A stretch of 63,241 nucleotides of DNA, the filler included, from Pelomyxa schiedti (lineage: Eukaryota > Protista > Evosea): assembly GCA_020536535.1 (NCBI GenBank). It is 4 parts of 4 records of this genome, joined end to end, with 100 filler letters (N's around TTAATTAATTAA, not from the genome) between each part and the next. Parts side by side here need not be neighbours in the genome. Positions count along the whole stretch, not along the records: positions 1 to 16,021 come from JAHLWZ010001150.1; 3 more parts are not named here. One strand, written 5' to 3'. Numbering within the stretch: position 1 is the first letter of the stretch; every line of letters starts with the position of its first letter. A program made the position numbers and the translations under genes. This document shows, in pieces, positions 1-13,084 of the stretch. The notes beneath the pieces were generated by a model. It did not search any database, had not been told where the DNA came from, and saw only the letters and a list, made by a program, of their open reading frames with translations.

Positions 1-2081
1 TATTTGGGGAGAATGTGGGTTTCTCTTTTGCCACAACAGTGACACACTGGACACACTGGAGCAGGAACACTCACAACAACATGCCTCACAGCACTCACAG
101 ACATTAGAGGTGAAACAAACAGCACCGTCACCCAATACAGCAACCTCCACCCTTCTCATTGAATTCCTATCACCTCTCTCACACATCGAAAGCCACATCT
201 CTTCCCTACTGTGAAGATTCCCTAGGTAGTGAAGATATCAACCCAGGTTTATTTCCTCGTTCTTTTATGTATGTCCTGTATCCTCCAGAACTCACCACGA
301 AACAAAAGAAATTTTTCTTTGGTTGTCAGACCATTTCACTCCATCCTCAGCGGCCTCATCGCCTCAATCATTTCCATCACCATCAATCAATTCCACGAAT
401 TCTGGGCTCCTCTCCTCCTCTCACCACTTTCCACCAAACTCCAAAAACAACAACAGCAACAGCAAACAACACAAGCCACAAAGCACACGCCAACACAATC
501 ACAATGGTCGCTGCGAAGTTTCGAAGGCTTTTTTTGTGCAATTGCCGGGAAAACAAAAATTAATTACTTCGTGACTCAGAACCAATTTCCCCGGACTTAA
601 ATACTGCAGAGAACACAAAAACAAACAAAATAAACCAACCAAGATCTGCACATTACCGGTATGCTTGGGGCCACCTTACTTTTTTTCTTTGCCGACGCCG
701 TGGTAGTTTGTGTTTTTTGCTTTGCGACCCAACGTGGACCGGGAGTTAAGCACCTCGTTGTAAATGAAGGTGATACACTCTCTCAGTTCGATCTGTCCGC
801 TGTTGTGGCGCATTCTGGTATGCATTTTCTTGCTTTGTTTCCTTCACTTAGTTTTACTTGTGCAACAACCTACAGATCTCACATCCGTTTGATTTGATTT
901 GATCGGTGGGCGCGTTGTCTCGGAGCGTGCGTCTGCAAAACAAGAACCGCCAATCCCCGTGGGAGTTTGCCATGGGTTGGAGCCTTCCGGTTGGCGCGTC
1001 TGGACGGCGCGTTTAAGCCCGGGGGACCTCATCTTGTGACAGACCCTTGCGAGGGGACGTGTCGACGGAGCCTTGTCACGGGGGAAAGCTCCGCGATGGG
1101 ACTCTGCCGACGCCTCTCTGGCCCTATCTCACTTCCTCCTCGTCGACTTCACATCATCGGGCTGCTGATGCACTTGATGCTGCTTATTGAGATCATCAAC
1201 AGACATGAGAGATTCATTTGAGAACAGCACCGCTAACAGTAAGGCAACTTCCCCTGCTGCCCAAAAACTAACCGTGTTGTTATGCAGTATACCGGCCAGC
1301 CAGTCTCTGTGACCTTGCACCCCAAGTAACCATAAAACAAGAAAATTTTTTCTCAAACAAATTTGTTTGAGAATCCGTTTGGTTGGTGTAGAATCAGTCG
1401 TTGCGTTGTTGTTGGGGCAGGGGGCACGCACACCCATAATGAGCAGCAACCGTTCATTGTGCCACTGGTACTCTGACAACAACAGCGACGGTGGGTTCGT
1501 CGGTGTGGGTGTGACCGTTCGTGACCAGTTTGTCGGCCTGTTGATGTCAACGCACCCTTGCTGTGGCCGTCAACATCGAAATCGAATAGTGACTAGCCCC
1601 TGTCCTCAACAACACCAGGAATTTCCATTCGCTGCACGTGGGTTGCGTGACTGCAATTTGTGCTGGAATCAAGGTTGGGATTGGTGCGTTTGTTGGACCG
1701 GTGAATCCTCTTTCCAGGTCATTGAATTGATTTTGACTTGCATCCCTGGATCAATCCCAAGATGGTTCGCACTGGTATCTTCCAGGTATAATCTCTCTGT
1801 CATTCAGAGAGTCGTTGCTGCCTTTGTCCCTGCACTCCCTGATTCCAGTTTCAATAAAAGAGTGGAGGTTGTATTGGTAGAGAAGCCTCCTTGAATGACT
1901 ATCTGCGCCATGTACTGTACCTTCCTATGGGGTTACTCATCAAACTTACTGTGCATGTACGCTGTGGTGAGTCTGAGGTGAAAAGTACTGAAAAAATTTG
2001 TAAACACTTTTTTACGTCATCTTCTCTGCAGAAAAACTGAAAGCAAAAAAAATCACCTGGTTGAAGTGCTGCACCCGACCA

Positions 2082-2906
2082 ATGAAGCAAGCAGGCCCAA
2101 AAACAGCAGCAGCAACCAACCCGGTACCAGCGAAAGTACCTTCCGAGATCAAGTACAACCCTGACGTCGAGTTGCAATGGGAGAGGGCCCGCTGCGAGCA
2201 CCACACCAACCTGAAAGACCAAGACTGCTGCCGCAGGACGGCCGCCGCCGCGACCCTCGCAACCATGGTCGTCCGAGATCGGCACAAGCGACACCGCGAA
2301 AGGGACGCCGCAGCAAAGGCCGCCGCCGAGGCCCTCAACAAGGCGAGGCAAGCGATCGATGGCGGGACGAGGCGAAGGCGGCGCGAGAGGAGGCCGCGGC
2401 CCAGCTGGCGGCGGCGCAGGAGGCGTGCGTGGCGGCCGCGAGCATGACCGCCGCGGCGCAGGACGCAAGCGCGGAGGCGGAGGCGGCGGGGCTGAGGGGC
2501 GAGCTTGCCAAGACCGCTGGGCAGCTGGACATCGCCAACGCGGAGCTCGCGGCGATGCGCCGCATGGTCGATGAGATGTCGAAGCAGATCAGCGACCTCG
2601 GCGAGAGGCTTGCCGAGTCTGAGGGTTGCTGCGACATGGTACAGAAGATGTCAGAGATTTGAGAAGGGGGTGCAATCCATGAAGGAGAAAATAACTACTC
2701 TCGAGAATAAGCTGGAAAAGGCAACTGGTGAGATGCTGGGGAGTGTAAGTCAAGCTGAGCATGAGAAGCTAGTGGAAGCACAAACCGGAAATCAACATCT
2801 TGTCAAAGAATTAGAAGAGGTGAAGAAACATACAATCCATGATGAATCCAAACGAAAGAAGAGGGTATGGTTAATAACACAAAATATATTGCCATATCTA
2901 TTATAG
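2082..2906 (+). pseudogene. Coiled-coil protein, frameshifted (pseudogene or assembly errors)
   Basis: Ala/Glu-rich coiled-coil-like peptide runs through three successive frames (ORFs 2061-2447, 2177-2662, 2505-2906) with no intron-like spacer at the frame switches. Confidence 0.4.
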
Positions 2907-3643
2907 TTTTTTAAATATCTTTCAGAGAGTTTCTCACGTTTCGGCTTATGTTGCCTCGGAAAGCCAGAAGGCTGCCAATTCCTTGTTGCTGTCTATGCCA
3001 CCAACTGGATTTACAGAAGTAAACTGTTCTTCACATTTATCATTCTCATTGTCAACGTAGGGATCATCATCAGAAGCAACTGCAAGAGTTACTTCATTCC
3101 ATGCTCCCGAAAAGACCGGCAAGTTCACGTTCTCTCTGAAAGTGGAGGTCCGAGGGCACACCAATTTTGCAGGTGCCTGGCCGACGTGTCCCCAGGAGCC
3201 GGCCCTCCTTTTTTACCTCAGATATCAGAACCACAGTCTGGACCTACAAGCGAAAAGTTTGAAAGAAAAGCATAAATATGAGGTACATACTACAAGCAGT
3301 TCACACATAACCATATTTATGTACGCTCACGCGAAAAAAACCAAAGGTAAAAGCATTCTCCAAGACTGACGAGGCTGAGACTCCGGCGTCTGCCACCGGT
3401 CTCATGAAGACTATCTGGACACAGGGCCCGATTTATGATGCTTCAGGCACACTATCCTTCACAGTGAACATGATCTATTAAAGCTATAAGTCTGCTCATT
3501 CATTCACTACTGAAAGCCTCCTTCCTCCATAAGTCATTCATGAGACCACACACCACTCCCACACTCTGTCTTCATCACAATCTTCTGTTGATAGCTCTTT
3601 GTTTTAATTTCGAAATTACATTGCGCTACGTAGTGGAAGTGTC

Positions 3644-5412
3644 ATGTCGCAGGGATCAGCAGCAGCGAGCACCACCGCAACAACGGGGGCGACTACGAAA
3701 CCAAAGTATGGGAGGCCGACCGAGCCCGCGTACTTCGGCGCCGAGTACCCCGACCCCGTGCGTTCGTTTTCCCATCCCCCCTCGCGTCCTCGCGCTCTCT
3801 TCTTCACTTTCTCGCGATTATGGGACTCCTATTTTGCAGTGCAGGGTTATGGGTTATTTGTTGTTTGTTGTTTAATTGTACCACTGCCATAGGGATCATT
3901 GAATGAGACGTACCCAACAGAAAAACCACCACCATTTGACTTGGCAATATGGAAGGACTCGTTGAGGTAGTCAGTGTTGTCCTGCACACTTTTCTTTTTC
4001 TTTTCAATTCCTTTATTGTGAGTATTAATTGTTAATACAGGATGGAACTTCAAAGTTACACAAAGGAAAGTGGCCAGCCAGAAGAAAACTTGGTTGTGGA
4101 CATTGTTGGCATTGACGCATCTCTTGGTTTGTCTTGTCCTCCTTTATGCCTCCTTATCTTCCCATTTCTTCTTACTAACCATATCTTCTATTCTAGCAAA
4201 CGCATTGAGAAGAATTCTTCTCTCTGAAGGTTGTTGTTGTTACATTTTTAGAACCATAAATATATCTAGAACCATAAATATATCAGTCCCTGACCGAACT
4301 TCCAGTTCCAACGATGTGCATTGAGAATGTTTATGTCAACAACAACACGTCAGTAATGCCAGATGAGGTGTGTGTACTTTCTTTCCATCATTTTTTTTTG
4401 TGAGACTTTCCCTCATTGAAAAAAGGTGCTGGCACACCGCCTGGGCCTTATTCCACTTGATGTCGACCCTAGGAAGTTTTGTTACCGCAGTATATTGCTA
4501 CGACTTGTTTTTTTTTTAATTCTCACTTCTTTTTGTGTTTTCACAGCTGGAAGTGACTTCACAGATGAAGATACAACTCAAATGAAATTGAAAGTGAAGT
4601 GCACCGCTGATCCCATAAATCCCAAAGCACTTGTGCACCAAAACGGTAAGAAATAAGTATATTTACCCTCCGCGGCAGAGATACTCATCATCCGCCAGTT
4701 TACTCCCGGGATTTGCAGTGGATTCCTGTTGGAGACCAAGAGACGACTCTGGAGAAGCCCATAACTCCTGTGCACCCGGACATCTTAATCACCAAACTCG
4801 CAAAAAACCAGGTTTCTGCTGCACGCTTTTTAAAAGTTTACGCTTACAAACCCGAAACAGGAAATCGACGTCGATTGTTTCGTTATGAAAGGTGTGGGAA
4901 AAGATCACGCCAAGTTCAGCCCCGTTGCAACTGCGGCATATCGACTGCTGCCGAACATCACATTCAAGAAACGTGTGGCACCGCGAGAGTTGAGCCAGAA
5001 ATTGGTTGACACGTGCCCAATGCATGTATTTGACATCGAGAATGCAGGTGAAGGCTCAGTTCTGTTTTTGTACCTTTGATTGATCAACAACAGATGTTGT
5101 GGTCAGCAGTCCGCGGGCATGTACTATGTGCCGTGAGTGTGTGAGAGGTGACTGGTCCGCCTATGTCAGTCTGGGGCAAATCAAAGACCACTTCATATGT
5201 ATGCTCAACCTCCCCCGCAATTTAACTACATTTGGGTCTAATATTATTGCAGTTTCGATAGACACAACGGGTATTCTTCCAGCACCTGTTCTTTTCAAAG
5301 AGGCTTTGCTTGTGCTGATTGAAAAATGTGAGAGAATTGCACGTGATATCGAGGGCACCTCAACAGTATGCCAATTCCATTATTCAAGCCCGAACTAACC
5401 ATCACAATGTAA
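3644..5412 (+). CDS. RPAC1: RNA polymerase I/III subunit AC40 (RPB3/alpha-like), multi-exon
   Basis: Exons encode [93 protein letters not shown] and [10 protein letters not shown]. The 3' end is 5398 or 5412 depending on a possible 23-nt last intron. Confidence 0.93.
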
Positions 5413-5562
5413 AGCATTCTCTCTAAAATTACATCGCCTCGAACCCAGCAGTCTTTGCTCCTCTGAAGTGATGGAGCAACCGCCAGGAGCCAAAAGTGCA
5501 GCACTTCCATTTTTCAAACAAGTCTTTTAAGACAAAACAGTTTATAGAACTACAACAGTGTG

Positions 5563-6422
5563 TTATGTAGATTTTAGGGGTTGTATCTTGAAGTAGGATT
5601 CGGTCTCGTCCAGAACTTTCTTTATCTGAGCCCTAAACAAACGCACAAGAATGAGACCAGAGAAAAGAGAAGAGAAACACACAGCTGCCTTGCGAGGACT
5701 GTGAGTGGGCCCATTGCGTTGTTCACATTTGTGCATTGTGTTATTAGGTTAGATAGTTTCTCCATACACTGTTCGCTGCCCAGGGTAATGTTGTCCACTG
5801 CCATTTGTTCAGCCCTCATGTGCTCCGATGTTATTTGCGTTGCCTTAATGTGAAATGAGCACTAGTGCTAGTATTCCCGCAAAGATAGTATTGAATATAT
5901 AATACTATACTACATTATTACAAAAAAAAAAAAATCGGAATTCTTCATTATTCGCTTAATGTAGCGGGGTGGTGGACGTCGTTATTACGGCACGCGCTAT
6001 CTCGGGTTATGGGATTTTTGGGTTTACGGGAGAAGGGAGACATGGCCACACACAGCGGCGACGGAGGAGCCCAGCATCCCCATCATGTTGGTCAGGTTCC
6101 GCGACAACTGCACCGCGTTGCGCTCCAGCTGGTCCACCATCTCCGGCGTAACCCCAGTCCGCGTGATGTTGATGCCCCCTGTGAACGGCGTGGGCGTGGC
6201 CGTGGCCGTGGCCGTCGGTGCGGCGACGGACGCGGGTGCCGTCCCCCCCTGCGCGCTGCTGCTGCTGCCGCCGCCGCCCCCTGTTGCGCTCGACAGCCCC
6301 CCCTCCGCCGCCGCCTCTGCGGCCCCCCCCACCCCGGGGGGGAGCGTAGACTGTGGGCCGCTGCTGTCGCCGCCCGTTGCGGGCACCGCCATCATCCCCT
6401 CGAATGCGGCTCCGTCGTTCAT
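5563..6422 (-). CDS. BORCS6: BLOC-1-related complex subunit 6 (BORCS6/lyspersin)-like, about 3 exons
   Basis: LERNAVQLSRNLTNMMGML...QMAVDNITLGSEQCMEKLSNLITQCTNVNNAMGPLTVLARQLAQIKKVLDE resembles the BORCS6 C-terminal helical domain, after a low-complexity N-terminus. Confidence 0.65.
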
Positions 6423-6662
6423 GGACTGCGATCGAATCTGTTGTAGGGGGAAAGAGACTAAAAAAGAGGCGACGGCCTGCCTTGTGTCCACACCCATTCC
6501 TTATGGAATATGAGGAAGATTGGCACTAGTTCAGCTAGTAGCAACTTCTGAAGTCTTGTCGATTGGGGGCAATCTGTTTGCGTAACCAAGAGCAAGCAAA
6601 GCCAAACCACCAAGAAAGCAAGGGAGGGCGGCCCGAAACTACTCGCAGAACCAAGCTTGCAC

Positions 6663-9613
6663 ATGCCCAACGCGACGTACTTCCGCAACCGAGGGGGGGC
6701 GTCCTCGGACAGCGAAGACGACGATGACGACGATGACGACGACGACACAGACACCTACTACGGCACGCACTCGTACTCGTACTCGTCGTCGTCGTCGGAC
6801 TCGTCGGGGGACGAACTGGCGTCGGCGGACACCATCGACGACGCGGCTGCGCTGTCCTCCAGGGCCGCGGCGTCGTCCACATCGCCATTCTCCGCATCGG
6901 CATCGACGACGAGCACAGGCACAGGCACAGGCACCGGTGCCGGGGGCCGCGGCGCCGTCACGGTCACGGTCAGCGGCAACAGCAACGGCACGCAAAGCCA
7001 CCACCACCATCAGCAGCAGCAGCAGGAGGAGAGCACGGCGGGGGCACATGCACACGCACACGACAGCACACGCGGAAGCGGTGGTGGTGCTGGCAACGCA
7101 AATGCAAATGCCAGTGCCAATCCCAATGTACATGTCAATGCAACTGATCACGGAACTGCAAGTGCAAGTGCCAACGGAAACGGAAATGGAAATGGAAATG
7201 TCAATAGTGCCAGTTCCAGCAGTGCTGGTGGGCATAAGCATGGACATGTACATGGACATGGCCACCATAACGAACATTCATCACGTGGAAACGGACCCTA
7301 TGAGCTGAGGGACAGGGTGAGAAAGGGAGGGGGGGACAGCGGGGGGGGCAAGGTGGGTGGGAGGCTCGTTGATGCCATTACGGATGAGATGTTCGAGGAT
7401 ATGATCCTTCTCCTGACTTCACCGAGGCACTCACACACTTCTGTTAAGCATGTGTGTACTTGTGGTTTTTATACCACCACAAATTACACTCCAATTCTTT
7501 TCTTGTTACCTCCCCTAACTTCTGTCAGTTGAAAGATTACATGCTCACGGAGCAGGGACTTTCCAACCTCACCGTAAATGGTGCGATCACTTTTGGAAAA
7601 TATGATTGATTAATTTACCCCAGAACTCAAAGATGTTCATACATATCTCGATCGTAAGTTTTCCACTTCTTGTCCGGCACTGAATTTCCGAAAAAACGGT
7701 AACACCTTTCACTCTCTTGTCTCTGGGTAATACATTTTAGTTAAGAAACCAGTTTTGGTGAGCTCTTTTTTCAAAGCGCTGCAGTCCCCAGCTTCTCCAG
7801 ACACTGATCTCCCTCTTCGACACCCAGAAATACCGTCAGTACCATCCACTCCAACGAACCAAGTAACTAGCCCAACAACACCCTTAGCTGTCCCGCCTGT
7901 TCCAACTTCCACTTCAACACATGTGTTAAGTTCACTGCACACAGATCCTGCACCCCCAGCGCCGGTGATAACCACAGTCCCTAGACTTTTGCCTACCACA
8001 ACACAAGGAAGAAGTATACAAGCGCAAGTACCAACCCAGCGACCTCCCACGCCACCCGTAGCATTTCCATGTGCCCCACCAACACGAACAGCACCGCCAT
8101 CAGTAACTTCAACGTTACCACTGCAGCCAGCACCCCCACCTACAGAAACAGCCCTTTTCCTTCAAGTACTTGTCCCTCGAGGCCAGACATCTACTCCAGC
8201 CTTCAATCCAATGCTAAACACAAATCATATGAGCGTTCTAAATGCAAATCCAAACCCCAGTTCAGCGAACCAATTCACCCTTGTCCCTTACCCTCTTCAA
8301 CAGTCGTATTCCTCGTCTGAAAAAAAAACATTCCAGAGCTCACTGTTTTTAAGGACGTGTGTGTTCTTACTCTCAACTTCAACTGACATGCCACAGACAA
8401 GACCCTTTCTGGGAAGAGGTTCTTCAAGTTACAAACTTCACTGGAGGTTCTCATTACGGCAATTTTGTATGTCAAAATATCACCTGCGCATTTTGTTGAC
8501 TAATGCTTTTGGAGGTGGAATTTTCTCCGGAACACACCAGCATGATTGCACGAGGCTGTTTTGTCCACCTTAGATTATTCAATACCCTGACTGGATTCGA
8601 TATCAACCCCCAATGGTGCCAGTCGATTCTGATAAACGGTTTTATTATCCCGCCACGGGTTGTCCGGCTCCTATTATTCTCAGTTCTTATGCTTTAAAGA
8701 AAGGTCAGCCGAAAAGCAAAACACCGAGGCAAATATTCACCTGCCAGCCAGTAATTGACATCACCAATCATGTTCATCGAGGCAGAAATTTGTTCATATG
8801 CCGGTACAGTCTTCCTGACCCGTGGCAGGAAACGAGCATAGCATGTGTTATACAATTAGTTATACCAAGACCTGTTGAGAGAGTTGGTTCCCTCTTTTTC
8901 CTACACCACTTACAATAAGGCCAGGTCATGGCATTAATCCCGAGAAGAAATATGTTTGCAGCACGCAGCAAAAGTGATGACGATTGCCTGGAACTCAATT
9001 TTCAAGTCTCTCTCAAATGTGCATTGACGCGAGGACGAATTGCCGTTCCCGTTAAGGGTATCAACTGTTTGCATGCACAGTGCATGGATGCGAATGGGTT
9101 CCTAGAATTCTGCAACCAATCACGAACGTGGATGTGTGCGGTCTGTGACAAGCCATGTCCCTTTCAGGTCGAATTTTCAATTGTCCCTTCTTGACTAACA
9201 GGTCTTTCAGGATTTAGTAATTGATGAATGGTTCTGCGGCATCCTGAAACAAATCCCAAATGAAGAAACAAGCAGTGTCACTATAAACCTTGACGGAACT
9301 CCTGTGATCTCCAGTTGTTCCACCGGTATGACTTTAAGTTATTCCGGTATCCCTAACCACGCATACAGCTAGCACAGAGGGTGCCGATGCCGATGCGGAA
9401 TCATATACACAACAGGCACTCCAGCCTACACAACCACAACTACCGCAGCTCCAACAGCAACAACAAGCAGGCGTCACCACCACCCACACACCTGCACCGT
9501 TTTTCATGGACATGTCACCCCTCCCTTTTACACCTCCACCCTCACAAGCACTACCAAACAGAACAACAATCATAGGAACAGGTGACTCCAACAACCCCAT
9601 TGAAATAGACTAG
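6663..9613 (+). CDS. PIAS/SIZ-type SP-RING (zf-MIZ) SUMO E3 ligase, multi-exon
   Basis: VSLKCALTRGRIAVPVKGINCLHAQCMD...WMCAVCDKPCPFQ-DLVIDEWF is an SP-RING. Long low-complexity N-terminus; C-terminal SIM-like NPIEID. Confidence 0.88.
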
Positions 9614-9755
9614 AGATAACAAATATCTTTTGAAGCTTGTTGAGTTTGTTGTTTGACACGCCATTATCGACTCTTTTTTTTCCCGTACCGAGATTCCCGG
9701 AATCATCAAAACTTCAAAAAAGTTTTTTCCTTTCGAAACATCGACACGCGAATCA

Positions 9756-12700
9756 ATGAGCGCGAGCGACCCCGGCAGAAAAAAACCAAGAGTATCCCAC
9801 AAACACTACCAGATTTAAATTATACGTTGTAGCAGTAGCTAAGAGGGGGAAAAAAAAAACAAAAAAAAAAACCAAACAGTTTCTATTGTGGCTGAACAAC
9901 AGTGGGGAGAAACCAAGCACTAAACTATATCGTGCAATTGCCGGGGGCGACTTGACTGCGGTGCGTTGTTGTTGACCTCTTTTGCAAAAGCTCACATTCA
10001 ATGACCCTTGCAAATCACTCATTTGTTTGTTATGTCCAGGTGAGGGACCGTCTCTCCAAATCAAGAGCAAAACAGGAAATACTCACACCTAATCAGAGCG
10101 AACAAGTATGCTCGTGTTATATATAACACAACACCTAAATTATAGTACTCTTTTGCCTGACAAAACAAAAAGTTACCACTAGTTAGTGCCTGCTACCTCA
10201 ATAACACTCCAATTGTTGCGGAATTACTTAAATTCTATACCACCCATAGACTTGATATAAACTTGCAGGTTCGAGCTTCGCAATCCCTTTTTCTCCAATT
10301 AATTTCTCTTGTTTCTTTCAGGACAAACAAGGTTATTCAGTTTTACACCACGCTGTTCAAGTAAGTGACGAGCAAATCGTATCACAACTCCTTAGAATTC
10401 CAGGCAGGCCATCCCAGCACTCCAGGGAAAACCTCATCTAACCAACTGTTCCCCAGGCATCAATGTAAGACTTCAAAATCTCGATATGAATACCCCACTA
10501 CACTACTTCTGCGAAAAATTCAGATCACCAAAGTGTGATGTATGCAAAATCATGCAGTTGGCTTTATTTTCACCATAAGAAGGAAGTGTTTGCAAAGTTC
10601 CTGGAAATGGGAGCCGACGTTAATGCTGTTAACAGGTCAGTTTCTTCAGGAAGGCCATTTCTCCATTTTAAATGTGGTACAGATTTGGAGAAACACCTCT
10701 GCATAAGTCATGTTTCAACAAATTTGTCAGGCTGATGATGGTTAGGTTGCTTTTAGAAGTAAGCCATCCCCTACTACAAAACGAGAACGAGTTAATACTT
10801 TCCTGAAGGCCGGAGCCGATATCAACACCTGCAACGGAAATGGTGAAGGCCCTCTTCACTTTGCTGTACGATTAAATAGAGATGACCTTGTATCATTATT
10901 AATTATGGAAGGTGCTGATATACATGGAAAAGTACACTCCCCTTTTATCGCTGTAATAGTGGCTTACTGGTTCAAAAGGGTAAAGATGCGAAAACACCTT
11001 ATGAAATTGCTGTGGCTGCCAAACAAACCACTATTGCCACACGGTTACACAAAGTTTCCGGTTTTACAATTGCCGCCTTTTTTTCTTCTCTAATTCTTCT
11101 TGAAGAACTATATACATGGCTACAATCAATAGACCCTGACATTTTTAGACTCTACCGGAAAAAGGTACACAAATTCTTCATGACGCACATAGGCACTCAC
11201 CTTCAAACAAGTTTCTTTCGGAAAATGTCTACCTCGAGTCGGCTATCCATCTTGATGCCGCAGTTTTGGATGCAATGGGTATCGATAAACCAGGACACAA
11301 AATCCTCATTTTAGGAAAAGTTGAAAAATTGAAAGGCATGCAGAAACGCTAGCACAATTGTTAAGTAATGTGTATATATTTTCAGCTGAAAAATTGGCGG
11401 CGCAACAAATGGAGCCCACGAGCCCACCTGACACCCCCAAAAGAATTGCATCAGTATGTTTCTCATCCAAAACCGGTCTTCTTCTCTCAAGGTTTGTGTG
11501 CATCTCATGTTGTACATTGTGGGGGACTCATCATTTCTTAGAATGTCCACAGCCGCATTAATTACTCCAAGGTCGACCCCTTTCCTCAAATTTAATTTAA
11601 TTAATTGCCTTCTATGTAGCACGGCATCCGCACCACCTGTGTCCCCAATTGACTGTATAATTGAACGCAATGATTTCGAATTTACCGGATCCGTTGGGAA
11701 ATCCAAAGAACTGGTGGGTTCTGGAACATCGGGAAAAGTGTATAGGGCTCTGTACAAGGGAAATGAAGTTGCTGTAAAAGTACTCAAGGAATGGGAAGAT
11801 GAAGCCGAAGTTGAAGAATTCAGAAAAGAATTTGAAATCATGTGGTAAAGCCCCTCTTAGATGGCCATTTCCTGTGTGTTAATGATTTGAAAGTGTGTTG
11901 CATCACCCAAATATTGTAACTTTTATTGGCGCCTGCATTGAACCCAATTTGTGCATTATCATGGAATATTGTTCCAGAGGAAGTATATTTTCCCTCTCTC
12001 TCCAGTAGAACACGGTTTTTCACTGACTCGTTTATCATCAGATTTATTTGATGTATTGTCGAAACCCCGATATGATATTAACTGGGATCGAGTATTCAAG
12101 TTTTCCATTGAGGTCGTTCATCACCACACTCTTAGTAATATCTTTACATTCCTCTCAGATGGTCCAAGGGATGCATTTTTTGCACACATTTACTCCGGAA
12201 ATTTTGCACAGAGATTTTAAAAGTTTGAATGTATTGGTATGTATATTACGCTTCTCTTGGCTTTATCTCACACACCCAAGGTAACCTCCTCTTGGGACTG
12301 CAAAATTTGTGACTTTGGTGCGTTCCATGAATGCTTTGTCTTTACCACTCTCACACCACCAAGGACTGAGCCGGTTCAACACAACCAGTAATCAAATGGC
12401 CACCCTGAGGGAAATGAGAGGAACCTTCCCATATTGTGCCCCCGAGCTTGCCACCGATATTGACAGACCCGTCAGCACGTACACCACCAAAAGGTATTTA
12501 GCTTCTTCACAGCCGGCAATTTTCCTCGGACTAACTCCAAGTATGTCCACAGTGACGTTTACAGCATCGGCATCACATTCTGGGAGGTAATCAAGCGCTG
12601 CGTTGAGGGTGTTTACAGCCGGCCGTGGTACAGTGAATTCCACTTCCCCTCCAACATGGACTTCATGATACTCATTGAAGCACAAAAGGCAATAAACATT

Positions 12701-12986
12701 CAACTCTTATTACTCTGATTCCTTTACAGGGATCGCGGCCCACATTACCGCATTCGCGCCTTGATGCACCGGAAGTAGGTACATGTCCTGTTGAAATCGA
12801 ACAGTTGTACAGAGACTGTGTCCATGGTGACCCTGCATTGCGGCCTGACACAGGAACCCTTATTGCAAGGTATTTCACCTACTATCTATTCCTCTGCTCC
12901 GGCAAACATTTTTCAGATTGTTGGAACTCAAAGCAATGTATGAATCACAAAGAGACATCTGGGCTCTATTCAGAAAGACAACATAA
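9756..12986 (+). CDS. Ankyrin repeat + SAM domain + tyrosine-kinase-like (TKL) protein kinase, many short introns
   Basis: Ankyrin repeats (GYSVLHHAV, NTPLHYFC, GETPLHK, GEGPLHFAV), SAM-like LYTWLQSID...LDAMGIDKPGHKILIL, and kinase motifs GSGTSGKVY, VAVK, HRDFKSLN, DFG, GTFPYCAPE. Start codon tentative. Confidence 0.88.
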
Positions 12987-13084
12987 ACCCTCTATACTGG
13001 GGTTGTTTTTATTGGCACAGTCAGTACCGCACCCACCGGCACATTCATACCCACTATGAAAATAGATTTTGTTTAATATTGTTG

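Noticed and set aside
1033-1113. HDV-like ribozyme (3' GCGATGGGAC resembles the HDV end)
   Set aside because: There is no room for P3/L3 between the P2 and P1 strands, so the topology does not fit
3378-3412. Hairpin tgagactccgg...ccggtctca as a Helitron 3' end
   Set aside because: It is followed by CTAT rather than CTRR, and there is no second copy or 5' end evidence
6024-7308. Many overlapping long ORFs on both strands (also near 2000-2600, 48600-49400, 52700-53300 and 61500-62200)
   Set aside because: These are shadow ORFs of GC-rich, low-complexity first exons
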